Source: a virus (taxonomy: Duplodnaviria > Caudoviricetes). From it: 39,957 nt of DNA. The notes below the pieces were generated by a model. That model saw nothing but the letters and a program-made list of their open reading frames with translations. It did no database searches and had not been told where the DNA came from. Positions 6,664-16,800 of this stretch are shown piece by piece (the first letter of the stretch is position 1; every line of letters starts with the position of its first letter). Made by a program: the position numbers and the translations under genes. The stretch lies in the IMG/VR virus record IMGVR_UViG_3300020374_000009, positions 1 to 39,957 of that record; one strand, 5' to 3'.

Positions 6664-9514
6664 CTTTTATTACAGTCTTAGATAATTTAAAGACTGTAGA
6701 AGTTGTGGATGTCGGAGTTACACGAAGTCTTAGATTACCACCACTGATGTCGGCATCAAAAGTTGCGAGTATTGAACCTGTGCGAATTGTTCCATATTCA
6801 CTTAAAAAGGCATTTGTTCCGTCATGAACAACATTAATAGTTGTCACATGATATTCAGTTCCTCTTGTCACTTGAACTTGGAAAGTTGCAGAACGATTGA
6901 CTGTTGCAGAAACACTTGCAACCGTATCTGCACTTGATGATGTAGTTGTCAAAGTATCACTTGAAAGTGTGATAATGCCTGGATCTCCAAGATCTACGCC
7001 AGATGACGCAGTGATAATACCAGTTGCAAGAATATCATTTTGGTCTAGAGATGTAATCGTTCCAGCAACAGATAAGTTACCACTGATAATTGCATCAACA
7101 GCATTGACATCAGTAACAGTAATATTTGGAGAACCTGTTAAACCTTGAGAACTAACTGCGAGTGTTGATGTTGCTGCGTTACCAGTTGTATCTTGATTAC
7201 CAGCAGAGTTTACGCCTGGTAAATTGATACTAGCAGATCCATCAAAACCAACCCCACCGATAGTTCTTGAAGTTGCAAGTCTTGTTGCGGTTGCTGCGTT
7301 ACCTGTGGTTGATCCAGATGTACCAGAAACGTTACCAGTTACGTTACCAGTGAGATTTCCTATGAATGTTGTTGCAGTTGTAGTTCCAGATACGTTGACG
7401 TTCTGTAGGAAAGTTGCGTTTGTATTAGTTCTAATATTATCAGTAACTGCGATACCAGTTAATGCAGATCCATCAATAGCTGGTAATGCAGATGGGAATC
7501 TTGCATCGGGTACAGTTCCTGAACTTAAGTTTGATGCATTCAGGGCAGATCCATCAATAAAACCAGCACCGTTTGTTAATTGGTTAGTATTGGTAAATGA
7601 TGTGGTTATAAACCCAGCACCATTAGTAAGTTGATTATTATTAGTTGGTATTGTAGGTGTATTTGAAAAATTACCGTAATCCAAATAATAGGAAGCAGCC
7701 TGACCATTTAATTGAGACGCACTTCCAGTTACATTTCCAGTTAAGTTTCCAACAAATGTTGTTGCAGTAGTTACACCAGTAAAAAATCCATCTCCATCTT
7801 TACTTAATGTGACACCAGTACCAACAATCAATCCAGATCTTGCGGTGACTAATCCAACAGAATCAATATTAGTTACGTCTTCGTATGTTAAAGTCCCACC
7901 GATAGTGACATTACCACTGAAAGTTCCAGTCGCTGCGTTGACTGCATTAACTGTAATACTTGGTGTTCCCGTTAATCCAGCAGAAGTTCCCGTTGTGTTT
8001 TGATTACCAGCAGAGTTAACGCCAGGTAAATCTATATTTGCAGATCCGTTAAATGATACTCCACCAATAGTTCTTGCATTTTCAAGTATTGTTGCAGATG
8101 CAGAGTTCCCTGTAATATCATCACTTGCAGTAATAAATCCAGCACCATTTGTCAGTTGATTGGTGTTAGTAAATGATGTTGTAATAAATCCAGCACCATT
8201 TGTCAGTTGATTATTGTTGGTAGGTATTGTGGGTCTACCCGATAAACTACTATAAGCACCATCAAAAGTTGTATATCCAGCACCATTAGTTAACTGATTA
8301 TTGTTGGTAGGTATGGTTGGAGTATTAGTAAAATTGTCATAATCTAAGTAATATGATGCAGCTTGACTGTTTAATTTAATTGCATTACTTGAACTTATCT
8401 GTACTGCATTTCCCATATAACCATGAGATGAACACTGATAGTGAAGAACAGTTGGTGTAGAATCTGTAACTTCTAAATCTACATAACCTGATCCTACAGT
8501 AACACCTGTTGTGTACGCAGTAGCCTTTGCAGCATCAAGATAAAATCGGAATGGATGTCCACTATTTGAACTGTCTGATACATCAAAACGATATGTTCTA
8601 CCAGGCGTAAGTGTTAAAAATGGTGATTGAACATTATCTAAAATATAAGCACTTCCACTTCCTGTTCCATAATATCTGTGTTCTCCATCTACCTTACTTG
8701 CAACTTTGACTGTAATAGTTTTTGTTGATGCATATGGAGCGATCAGATGACTAAATCCTGAGAACTGTGCAGCAGTTATGATTCCAACTGTATCAACACT
8801 TCCATTTGTTCCAATTCCAGCACCACCACCACTGGCATCAGCACCAACAAACTTACCGCTTGATGATTCATATTTTAAAAACTTACCATCAACTTTAGCA
8901 GTATCCTCATCAACATCATCAAGTTTTAAAAGATTAACCTCACCAGATCCTGGCCCATGTGCAAGGACTTTATATAAAATATCTCTTACTTGTTTGATTT
9001 CACCCTTAAGATTTTCAATACTTGTTTCATCTGAGTTTTCAATCTCTTCTTTAATATTTGTTTCTTCAATAAACTTAATTGCTTGTGCAACAGTATCACT
9101 TACCTCTGGTGTCTTGATTGGTTCTGGTTTGATAATATCTACTGCATCTATTTCGGTAAATTTAATGTCATCACCATTATTCCAATCTTGAACAGTTATA
9201 GGATCTTCTTCTAATTTTGAAACATCAAAATCCTCAGGCACACCAACTGTAACAGCTGGTTCTGTAATATCTTTAACTTCTTTTGGTTTTTCAATCGTAT
9301 CAATTAATGTATCTAATTGTTCTATTAATTTTTCTTCTTTCTTTTTTTGTTTCTTTTGATTTACTTTTGCTTCTTTAATTCCACTAACCACAGTCGAAGT
9401 TAAGACATCAAGATTGATGTCAGCTTCTTTAAGAAGATTATTAAACTCTTCTTTCTTTTCTTTTTTTGCCTTTCCTAGAAGACTAAAAAATTCTGTGAGT
9501 TCTTGAGATTTCAT
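6659..9514 (-). CDS. Fibre-like virion protein (951 aa) with charged N-terminus, cupredoxin-like domain, internal repeats and C-terminal beta domain
   Basis: Thr/Gly/Asn-rich fibre repeats (NQLTNGAG x5; GNLTGNVTG x2; RTIGGVxFxGSAxIxLPGVNSAGNQxTTG x2); ATGA overlap with the gp16 stop. Confidence 0.85.
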   Translation of the reverse strand: MKSQELTEFFSLLGKAKKEKKEEFNNLLKEADINLDVLTSTVVSGIKEAKVNQKKQKKKEEKLIEQLDTLIDTIEKPKEVKDITEPAVTVGVPEDFDVSKLEEDPITVQDWNNGDDIKFTEIDAVDIIKPEPIKTPEVSDTVAQAIKFIEETNIKEEIENSDETSIENLKGEIKQVRDILYKVLAHGPGSGEVNLLKLDDVDEDTAKVDGKFLKYESSSGKFVGADASGGGAGIGTNGSVDTVGIITAAQFSGFSHLIAPYASTKTITVKVASKVDGEHRYYGTGSGSAYILDNVQSPFLTLTPGRTYRFDVSDSSNSGHPFRFYLDAAKATAYTTGVTVGSGYVDLEVTDSTPTVLHYQCSSHGYMGNAVQISSSNAIKLNSQAASYYLDYDNFTNTPTIPTNNNQLTNGAGYTTFDGAYSSLSGRPTIPTNNNQLTNGAGFITTSFTNTNQLTNGAGFITASDDITGNSASATILENARTIGGVSFNGSANIDLPGVNSAGNQNTTGTSAGLTGTPSITVNAVNAATGTFSGNVTIGGTLTYEDVTNIDSVGLVTARSGLIVGTGVTLSKDGDGFFTGVTTATTFVGNLTGNVTGSASQLNGQAASYYLDYGNFSNTPTIPTNNNQLTNGAGFITTSFTNTNQLTNGAGFIDGSALNASNLSSGTVPDARFPSALPAIDGSALTGIAVTDNIRTNTNATFLQNVNVSGTTTATTFIGNLTGNVTGNVSGTSGSTTGNAATATRLATSRTIGGVGFDGSASINLPGVNSAGNQDTTGNAATSTLAVSSQGLTGSPNITVTDVNAVDAIISGNLSVAGTITSLDQNDILATGIITASSGVDLGDPGIITLSSDTLTTTSSSADTVASVSATVNRSATFQVQVTRGTEYHVTTINVVHDGTNAFLSEYGTIRTGSILATFDADISGGNLRLRVTPTSTTSTVFKLSKTVIKV
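8130..8212. repeat. Perfect 32-bp direct repeat with 51-bp period inside the fibre gene
   Basis: gtaataaatccagcaccatttgtcagttgatt at 8130-8161 and 8181-8212 (encodes NQLTNGAGFIT). Confidence 0.9.
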
Positions 9515-9930
9515 TTATTATCTTCATCTTTTTGATTCTTAATTAATTTTGATAATTCTGCTGTTGATCCTACAAATAATGCGTTGGTAACATTGGTAGG
9601 GCCTTTGTTTGGATCTTGTTCTAGATCCTTCATCTTCTGTTGCAAGTCAATGAGTTTGTCTGTTGTATCTGCAACTGCTTTGATTGTTGTTGCAGCAACT
9701 TCATAAGCTCTTGCAGAATCGGATTCTTGTGCTAATTCTAATATACCATTTACTGCTTCCTGTCCCTTTTCAACCAGAGAGTATAACTGAGCACGACTAT
9801 ATTCATAATCTTTCTCAGAATCATTTCCCTCTACTTTTGAAAGTTGATTCTTTCGAGTCTCTTTCCTCGGAGTTTCAACAACTTCCGTATCTACGTTAAG
9901 TGCTTCCTCGATAGAATCAAAATTTTTCAT
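9511..9930 (-). CDS. gp16: Terminase small subunit gp16
   Basis: DYEYSRAQLYSL, LELAQESDSARAYEV and TNALFVGSTAELSKL are typical of T4-like gp16; follows gp15; GGAG RBS. Confidence 0.93.
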   Translation of the reverse strand: MKNFDSIEEALNVDTEVVETPRKETRKNQLSKVEGNDSEKDYEYSRAQLYSLVEKGQEAVNGILELAQESDSARAYEVAATTIKAVADTTDKLIDLQQKMKDLEQDPNKGPTNVTNALFVGSTAELSKLIKNQKDEDNK

Positions 9931-9937
9931 AACTCTC

Positions 9938-10981
9938 CTAGATGTCTATACCTTGAGATGGACTAAAATCCTTACCGTCACTAAAGAATGATGACATTTC
10001 ATCAAATCCAAAGTCGTCACCAAATTCAATCGCCGCATCATCTACTACACTTAGAACACCAATACTTGTATTATGTTCATGTTTCGCAGCGATGGTATTA
10101 TCGTATGCACGATACACAGTTACATTCTGACCACTGATACTTCTGATAAACATAATCTCAGTATCAATGATAATTCTTTGATTTGCAGCAAGATCGGTTG
10201 TACTACTAACTTTGAATGTTGTAACTTTCTCAGAGAACGCACCATCAACAACTGTCGCTTGATCATCATCATAATTTTTCTTAGCAGTTGGTGTTGCACT
10301 GTATCTTTGAACTCTTTTTGCAGTTTTAATATTTGTATTACCATAGTAATCAACATCAACTTTTTTGATAAGACCTTCTGGATTATCTGCAACAGGGCCG
10401 AATAGATATGTCTTTGCAGTAAATCCTAACGTATAAACAATTGTTCTACGAGTTTCAAAACTACCCTCATACTGATCACTATAGTTTATACTTTCTAAAA
10501 CAATAGGTACATCTTTTTTCTCACCAATTGAACTAATTAAATTAATTGTGATATTAAAAGATGGTTGAAAATAAGGAAGAATCTGTTCTAATATTTGCAA
10601 TCCGTCATCACTCAATTTAGCCAAGATACTTAATTCAAATGAAACATTGTATGGAATTGGCATATAAACTTTCTTTGCAGTTGTACCACCTTTTGCAAGA
10701 AAAGTCTGTGCAATTCCAGTCTTACGAGTTGGATCATATTGTAATCCTTGCATCTCAAAAGATAGTCTTGGAAGAGTTATTGCAATCTCTCTTTCTAATT
10801 CTGGTTGTTGTTGAATTCTTGCCAGAAATTTCTGCATTGGGCCATAAGCCAATGGAACTTTCATGGTGCTGACATTCGTTCCACTCGCATCGGTGTGTCG
10901 TATATTAATATTATTAAAGAGAGTACCGAAACCGATAACCGTCTTTCTTAATATCTCATGATAGAAATAAGTACCTAACAT
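9938..10981 (-). CDS. gp15: Tail sheath stabiliser/terminator gp15
   Basis: MLGTYFYHEILRKTVIGFGTLFNNI, KVPLAYGP, LPRLSFEM, QILEQILPYFQP motifs; synteny. Confidence 0.95.
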   Translation of the reverse strand: MLGTYFYHEILRKTVIGFGTLFNNINIRHTDASGTNVSTMKVPLAYGPMQKFLARIQQQPELEREIAITLPRLSFEMQGLQYDPTRKTGIAQTFLAKGGTTAKKVYMPIPYNVSFELSILAKLSDDGLQILEQILPYFQPSFNITINLISSIGEKKDVPIVLESINYSDQYEGSFETRRTIVYTLGFTAKTYLFGPVADNPEGLIKKVDVDYYGNTNIKTAKRVQRYSATPTAKKNYDDDQATVVDGAFSEKVTTFKVSSTTDLAANQRIIIDTEIMFIRSISGQNVTVYRAYDNTIAAKHEHNTSIGVLSVVDDAAIEFGDDFGFDEMSSFFSDGKDFSPSQGIDI

Positions 10982-10997
10982 ATCAAAGCTTTCTAAC

Positions 10998-11005
10998 TAT
11001 TTAGA
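10998..11005 (-). promoter_or_regulatory. Possible late promoter variant TCTAAATA before gp15
   Basis: TAAATA core overlapping the gp14 stop, 17 nt from the gp15 ATG; one mismatch to consensus. Confidence 0.5.
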
Positions 11006-12389
11006 ATGTTCCGAATGGATTGCCTTCAGAGAAGTCCAAAATTTGATCTGCCTCTAATTCAAAGTCTGCATTATCGTTATATTGATTTGCACTATACTGT
11101 GAATTTGGATAATCATTTGGACTATCATAATCTACAGATTCTATTACATATTCCGCACCAGATTCGAGACCTCTAATCTTTTCACCAACTTGGAATTGCA
11201 TTGCAGTCAACATACCAATATCTAAAGTTCTAGATCCAGAATCCCATACCTTGACTCTTGCGGTTTCAGCAGAACTTGAAGATACTTGAACTATCTCATT
11301 AAAGATATAATTACCATCTGCGATTGTCGTTGCAGCACCAATTGTAATTGTAGGTGCAGAAGTATATCCACTACCAGCATTGCTAATTCTAACTGCACTA
11401 ATTGTTCCACCAACCATCACAACTTCACCAGTTGCATTAGTTCCTCCTTCTGGTGCAGTTCCAATCGCAACTGTTGGAGTTGTTGTATAACCTGATCCAC
11501 CAGAGGTAATTGTAACGATACCTACAGAACCTAGAGTAGTGATGCCAGCAGTCGCTATACCAGTGCCTGGCACGGTTATAGTAGGTATTCCTACATAATC
11601 ACTGCCTGGGTTGATTAAAAGAATTCTATCGATAGATTTACCAGTTGTAATACCAGTTCTTTCTGTCATGATTGCAACAGCAGTTGCATCTGTACCAACT
11701 GATGTTGTGATTCCAATTGTGGGAGCAGCAGCATATCCATAACCATCATTCTGTAAAAATATTTGTTGAATACCACCAAATACCACAGTTGTATTTGCAG
11801 TCGCAGTGTTACCAACACCAGATAAAACTAATCTTGCAGAATAACCTTCTGTTTGGACAACTGAATCAATAGTATTGACATTTGTATCAATAACCTCATC
11901 TTCATATTCAAAGACTTCACATGTAAGTTGATATGTATAAGTTTTTCTTAGTTGATAATTTGGTATTTCAAATTCAACATATTTTATCTCAAATAATTTT
12001 TTTCCTAATGGAGAGAATATTAAATCACCTTCTCTTGGACGATTTGATATCTCATAGTCACCTTCCTGTTGTTCTAAAAAAGGTGCAACTGCTTCCTCAA
12101 ATCTCTCTCTAGAGATTACAAAAGTAGCTTCAGTAGTAACTCTAACACCAAATTTTGATAGTATATCCCCCTGACCAGCATATCCATCAACATTCATTAG
12201 ATAAGCTTCAAGAGGAAATGCCTGATCAAATTTAGATTCAGTAACCTCTCTCATAATTGTTGATGATGTCATCAACTTACGAGGAATATAATGACACTCA
12301 AGACCATACATCCTTAATTGTTCATTAATTAAGTCCTGTACTAAACCTTGTTCTCCTTGAGAACCCTGTAGAAAAAATGGATTTAACAT
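11001..12389 (-). CDS. gp14: Neck protein gp14 with inserted repeat region
   Basis: MLNPFF...EQGLVQDLINEQLRMYG, RPREGDLIF, LFEIKYVE, C-terminal DFSEGNPFG; lies between gp13 and gp15. Confidence 0.93.
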   Translation of the reverse strand: MLNPFFLQGSQGEQGLVQDLINEQLRMYGLECHYIPRKLMTSSTIMREVTESKFDQAFPLEAYLMNVDGYAGQGDILSKFGVRVTTEATFVISRERFEEAVAPFLEQQEGDYEISNRPREGDLIFSPLGKKLFEIKYVEFEIPNYQLRKTYTYQLTCEVFEYEDEVIDTNVNTIDSVVQTEGYSARLVLSGVGNTATANTTVVFGGIQQIFLQNDGYGYAAAPTIGITTSVGTDATAVAIMTERTGITTGKSIDRILLINPGSDYVGIPTITVPGTGIATAGITTLGSVGIVTITSGGSGYTTTPTVAIGTAPEGGTNATGEVVMVGGTISAVRISNAGSGYTSAPTITIGAATTIADGNYIFNEIVQVSSSSAETARVKVWDSGSRTLDIGMLTAMQFQVGEKIRGLESGAEYVIESVDYDSPNDYPNSQYSANQYNDNADFELEADQILDFSEGNPFGTF

Positions 12390-13228
12390 TATCCAATCAT
12401 ATCCAATGGAGGCATCTCATAATCACTTGCCATTTTAGATCTTATCTCTTCTAATTCAGCAACACCGTCATCATATATTTGACGACCATTAAGTTGAATA
12501 CCGCCAGGCAATTGAACTCCTTGAAATTTAATTAAATTTTGACCCCATTGTTTTTTACACAATGCAGTAAAATATCTTTTTAAAAATGGATCATTATAAA
12601 CTCTTGTAAAATCATTTGGATCTAAGATCCTAAAACAATCAATCACAAAGAAATCACCTACTGATAAAGTAGCGAAATCAGCATCAATATAAAGACGATC
12701 TTGACGAATGTTAAATCTAAATCTCATGTCTGGATTTAGTAAGAAAGTAATATCTTCAAGATAAGTTTGAACCATTGAATATTGAAGAAGATCAATTGAT
12801 CCAAACTGGTACAAATCATTTAAGAACAACTGATATTTTATATTAAATAAACCATCATAAACTGTATCTGATCTAATTTTAAATATTTGATTGACTCCAA
12901 TAACAGATGGAGGCATTTGTAGATAATTTTGATTTTCTTCAAAATCAAAAGTTGTTGTTAAACCAACTGTAGATGTACCAGTTGTTGTTGTAATTCCAGC
13001 ACTTGAAGAATCTCCTCTTGCACGGCCTCTATCTATATCATCTTGTGTAATTTGATATTTCAAATACATCCTCATTATACCATCATAATGTCTCTCTTGA
13101 TATATCTGAACAGAGTCATCTAACAGATCTGAGAATTGTTCTTCTGCAACGTTAATTTCCAAGACAGGAAATCCAAGCTGTCTCTTTGCGTAATCTATTA
13201 AACCATCTCTAGAACTTGGTTGAGCCAT
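12389..13228 (-). CDS. gp13: Neck protein gp13
   Basis: LIDYAKRQLGFPVLEINV; VYNDPFLKRYFTALCKKQWGQNLIKFQGVQLPGGIQLNG. Confidence 0.95.
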   Translation of the reverse strand: MAQPSSRDGLIDYAKRQLGFPVLEINVAEEQFSDLLDDSVQIYQERHYDGIMRMYLKYQITQDDIDRGRARGDSSSAGITTTTGTSTVGLTTTFDFEENQNYLQMPPSVIGVNQIFKIRSDTVYDGLFNIKYQLFLNDLYQFGSIDLLQYSMVQTYLEDITFLLNPDMRFRFNIRQDRLYIDADFATLSVGDFFVIDCFRILDPNDFTRVYNDPFLKRYFTALCKKQWGQNLIKFQGVQLPGGIQLNGRQIYDDGVAELEEIRSKMASDYEMPPLDMIG

Positions 13229-13237
13229 TCTTCACCT

Positions 13238-13603
13238 CTAAGTTGAAATTCCTGTTCTGACAAGTACATTACCTTCAATAATTTTGAAGAATGTAGAACC
13301 AGAACTCACGTTAATATCATATAGATATCTACCCTCGGACAAACTTCTAGTCACAGTTGAACCCATAGAAAGAGTTACTCTTCCATTTGTGTCTCCAAGT
13401 GTCACACCAAAAGTATTTGCAGTTCCAATTGCAGACTTCTTCATATTACTTGTTCCTGTATAGTTGGAAAAATCTATACTTGAACCAGCAGAAGTTTTGA
13501 TTACAAAAGTAGTGTTAAAATCTGCACCAGAAAATATGGTTAAGTTAACACCATATGGAACAGCGACATCTGGATCAAAAGTGATTACCTGTTGTTGTGC
13601 CAT
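13238..13603 (-). CDS. Hypothetical beta-rich protein, probably virion-associated (121 aa)
   Basis: Beta-strand pattern ending GRYLYDINV...KIIEGNVLVRTGIST; within the structural operon. Confidence 0.75.
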   Translation of the reverse strand: MAQQQVITFDPDVAVPYGVNLTIFSGADFNTTFVIKTSAGSSIDFSNYTGTSNMKKSAIGTANTFGVTLGDTNGRVTLSMGSTVTRSLSEGRYLYDINVSSGSTFFKIIEGNVLVRTGIST

Positions 13604-13607
13604 TTTT

Positions 13608-13841
13608 CTAATTATTTAGTTTTTGAACGAGAGTAGATAAAAGACCCTTAATATCTCCTAACTCACTCTTCACACTATCAAGATCTTCTTTCATTTGATC
13701 TAATTCATTATTTTTATTTTCCATTGCCTTCTTGCGATCAAGATAAGCTTTATATGCGTTTTTGTCTTTGTTAATTATAGCAGATGTATTTGCATCCCTA
13801 TAAAGTCCATAAGACCCCTCTACTGGTATGTGATTTTCCAT
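13608..13841 (-). CDS. Hypothetical protein with C-terminal coiled coil (77 aa)
   Basis: TAATG coupling to the VrlC-like gene; heptad pattern ELDQMKEDLDSVKSELGDIKGLL. Confidence 0.8.
   Translation of the reverse strand: MENHIPVEGSYGLYRDANTSAIINKDKNAYKAYLDRKKAMENKNNELDQMKEDLDSVKSELGDIKGLLSTLVQKLNN
13613..13620 (-). promoter_or_regulatory. Possible late promoter variant ACTAAATA
   Basis: TAAATA core about 10 nt upstream of ATG 13603. Confidence 0.45.
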
Positions 13842-16800
13842 TATGCAAATGCAATTCCTCTAAGTTCTTTAATTTTTGGTGGTTTTGCTTGATTATTTCC
13901 AACCATCACAACTTTAATTTGGAATTTAGAGAATGCTGGTATTTCTCTTGAGTTGAAAGTATATTCTCTAAACTCATTTCCAATACTAGGTGGAACGAGT
14001 TGATCAGATTGCCCAGTATTATTTGCTGGATTAATCACTTTTTCAAATTGATCAACGTTTGAGAAGCCTGGGAATGGTTCAAAGTCACGGTCAAAAGAGT
14101 TTTCAGCAGATCCCTCTTCCATTGTTTTATAGAATGCTCTAATTTCAGAACCATCAGTTCTGTAAGCAGAGAACTCTACTAGAATAGAAGTTGCTGGATT
14201 AGATAATTTAACCATATTTGAAATATAGGTTGCAGTATTAGGATCTTCACCAGTAACTTTTGTTCTCTTCATAAAGTTATTGTTACTAAAATCACCCTCA
14301 CTTAATCTATTTGAAGTAAGAACTGTTGAGATTCTATCACAATCAATTATTGGAGAAACGTTTTCATCATCTGATTGCATCACGACTTCAAATAACATAG
14401 ATTTAGATGCAGGCATGATATCACTTAAATTAGCATCCGCATTAATCTTGGATGCAATAATTCGAGGTGAATCTAATTCATTTTGATCATTTAAAGTAAT
14501 ATCTTCAAATCCTTGATCTACAAATGACTCTTCTGAACCACCTATACTTGTGGCAGAAACTGTTCTAATTTTTGCAGAAACTGATGTGCCTGGAGGAGTT
14601 GAAGTTGCTAAATTAGGAGTTATAGTTTCATACTGCAAATTTCTTGTAACTCTTGTGACAGAACCACCATCACTCTTAGTTTGATTAAAGAATTTTGCTG
14701 GGAAACTACCACTACCACTACGATCTGCGCCTGGAGATTCGTTATTTAATCCTTTACTTGCACTCATATCAACTTTGATTGCATATTCATCCAATCCAAT
14801 TGGGTGATTAGTTGTATTAACATCGTTAAAGTTATGGAATGCGTTAATTCTTCTCAAGTTTACACCATTAATTTCATATTTTTGAATTTGAGCACCAGAA
14901 TTATATGAACTAATAGGAGTGCTTTGTCCGCTTCCTCCACCAGTCATAAACGAACGAGGCCCAATTCCTCTAGTGGTAATTCCTGTTATCTGTCCCTCTG
15001 CAACACCTGTGTAAGCCACAACTTCAAGATTATTGATCATTGCATATCCATAGTTAGTTGCACCAACAGCAACACCTTCAAATGTTGAGAAACTTGATGA
15101 ATTGACAACTGATATATTTGATGTTGATGATTTAGCATAATCTGCGGTTAATGTAGTAATAGGAGTATCTGGTTGAATACCTTTAATTGAAACTCTATTA
15201 CTTGCATTGTGCATACCATGAGCTCTATGATTAACTTTAAAGTGTAGTCCATCAGATACAGAATCTACATCAAATGATGAAACCGTAGCAGCACTTCCAA
15301 CGGTATTACCGTCCAATGCAACCATATTTGTTCCATTAAAGTATGTAATTGTTCCAACACCAAGATTAAATGATCCTTGAACATTATCAACTAATAAAGC
15401 ACTTGAAGTTGTAACCACACCAATTGCAATAATTTCTCCACTTCCATTTCCTTTACCGATTGTTCCAAGACCAATAGTATCTCCAACCACATAATTATTT
15501 CCACCATTAGTAAATGTAACCGCTCCAACAACACCGTTATTGATAGTTACATCAGCGATTGCACCACTTCCAGATCCAGTTAAAGTAACCGTTGGCACAC
15601 TAGAGTATGTTTTGACAGCTGCGGCTGGAGTATATCCAACGCCAGGATTAACAATTGTAATATCATTAGATCCATTGATTGTTGCAATACCAGCAACTCC
15701 AAGTAAATTTGCAGATGCACCTTCATTTGCAGCCTGTTTGATAGTTACGCCAGGAATTAATCCAGTTGCAAAATCACTTTGAGAGGTTACTGGTAAAGTT
15801 GTTCCAATTCCAATAGTTGCTTTTCTTGATAAAAATTCAATTGAATTTTCAGGCAAATTCTTAATTGTATCATTACCAACTGATATTTCTGGGTTAAAGA
15901 AACGAGCAGTGCCTGGAACTCCAACGTTGAACTTTGCCTTACGAAGTCTAAACTTCATATCTTCTAGTTGACTTGGATCCCAAGTTGTACCATTTTGTGA
16001 TTTAAACAAACTACCCAAGTATGGTTGTTGACTAATTAAAACCTGTTCACTGTCTGGTAAATTAGCAGTTGAGATATCAACTTCTCCCATTCTTGAAATC
16101 CAAGCAGTGTAATTTTCTGATGGTGTAACAAGAACGATTGCATATTCTTGTTCTCCTTCAACATAAACAGGTGAATCAAATGTGAATGTAGTCGATACAG
16201 TTCCATCTTCAGATGTATTAACTTCATCTGGATCTTTTGAGACAACACTATATGGTAAAATCTTAGATGTTGGTAAACCAGTTTGAACTGTTCTGATTTG
16301 TATAGTAACTGGAATTGTATCATCTTTGTCTCTAAAGAAGACATCTACAGATGTTAAGAAAACACCAGATGTATCATCAACTCGGAAAGTTTGTGCAAGA
16401 GGATCATAATACTGAATACCTGTCAACTCTGATTCAGCTGGGCCAACTTTTTTAGATATTGTCTCATTTAAAACTCTCTGATCTTGAACAGTAAGTTTCT
16501 TAATTTGAGGAACTTTTGTGCTTAAAACAGTTTCTTGAACTGTATTCAATGTTCCTTGTGCATAGAAGTTTGATTCTGCATGACTCTTAACAACACCTTG
16601 AACTTGAGAGTTTGTTGAACTAGTTGTTAATCTAAATGTTTTTGTACCAGATTCAAATTTAGGAACACTTGCAAACTTAGGATCAGGAATACTCATAACA
16701 ATCTTAAGATGTCCAAGAGCATCAGAGACAAATTTAATATCTTTAACTGTTGCTTCTGCACCACTAGTTTGTCCGCTCAATTTCATGCCTTTTTTAATTT

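Noticed and set aside
8130-8212. 32-bp direct repeat as a CRISPR mini-array
   Set aside because: Only two copies, a 19-bp spacer, in-frame 51-bp period encoding a peptide repeat, and no cas genes.
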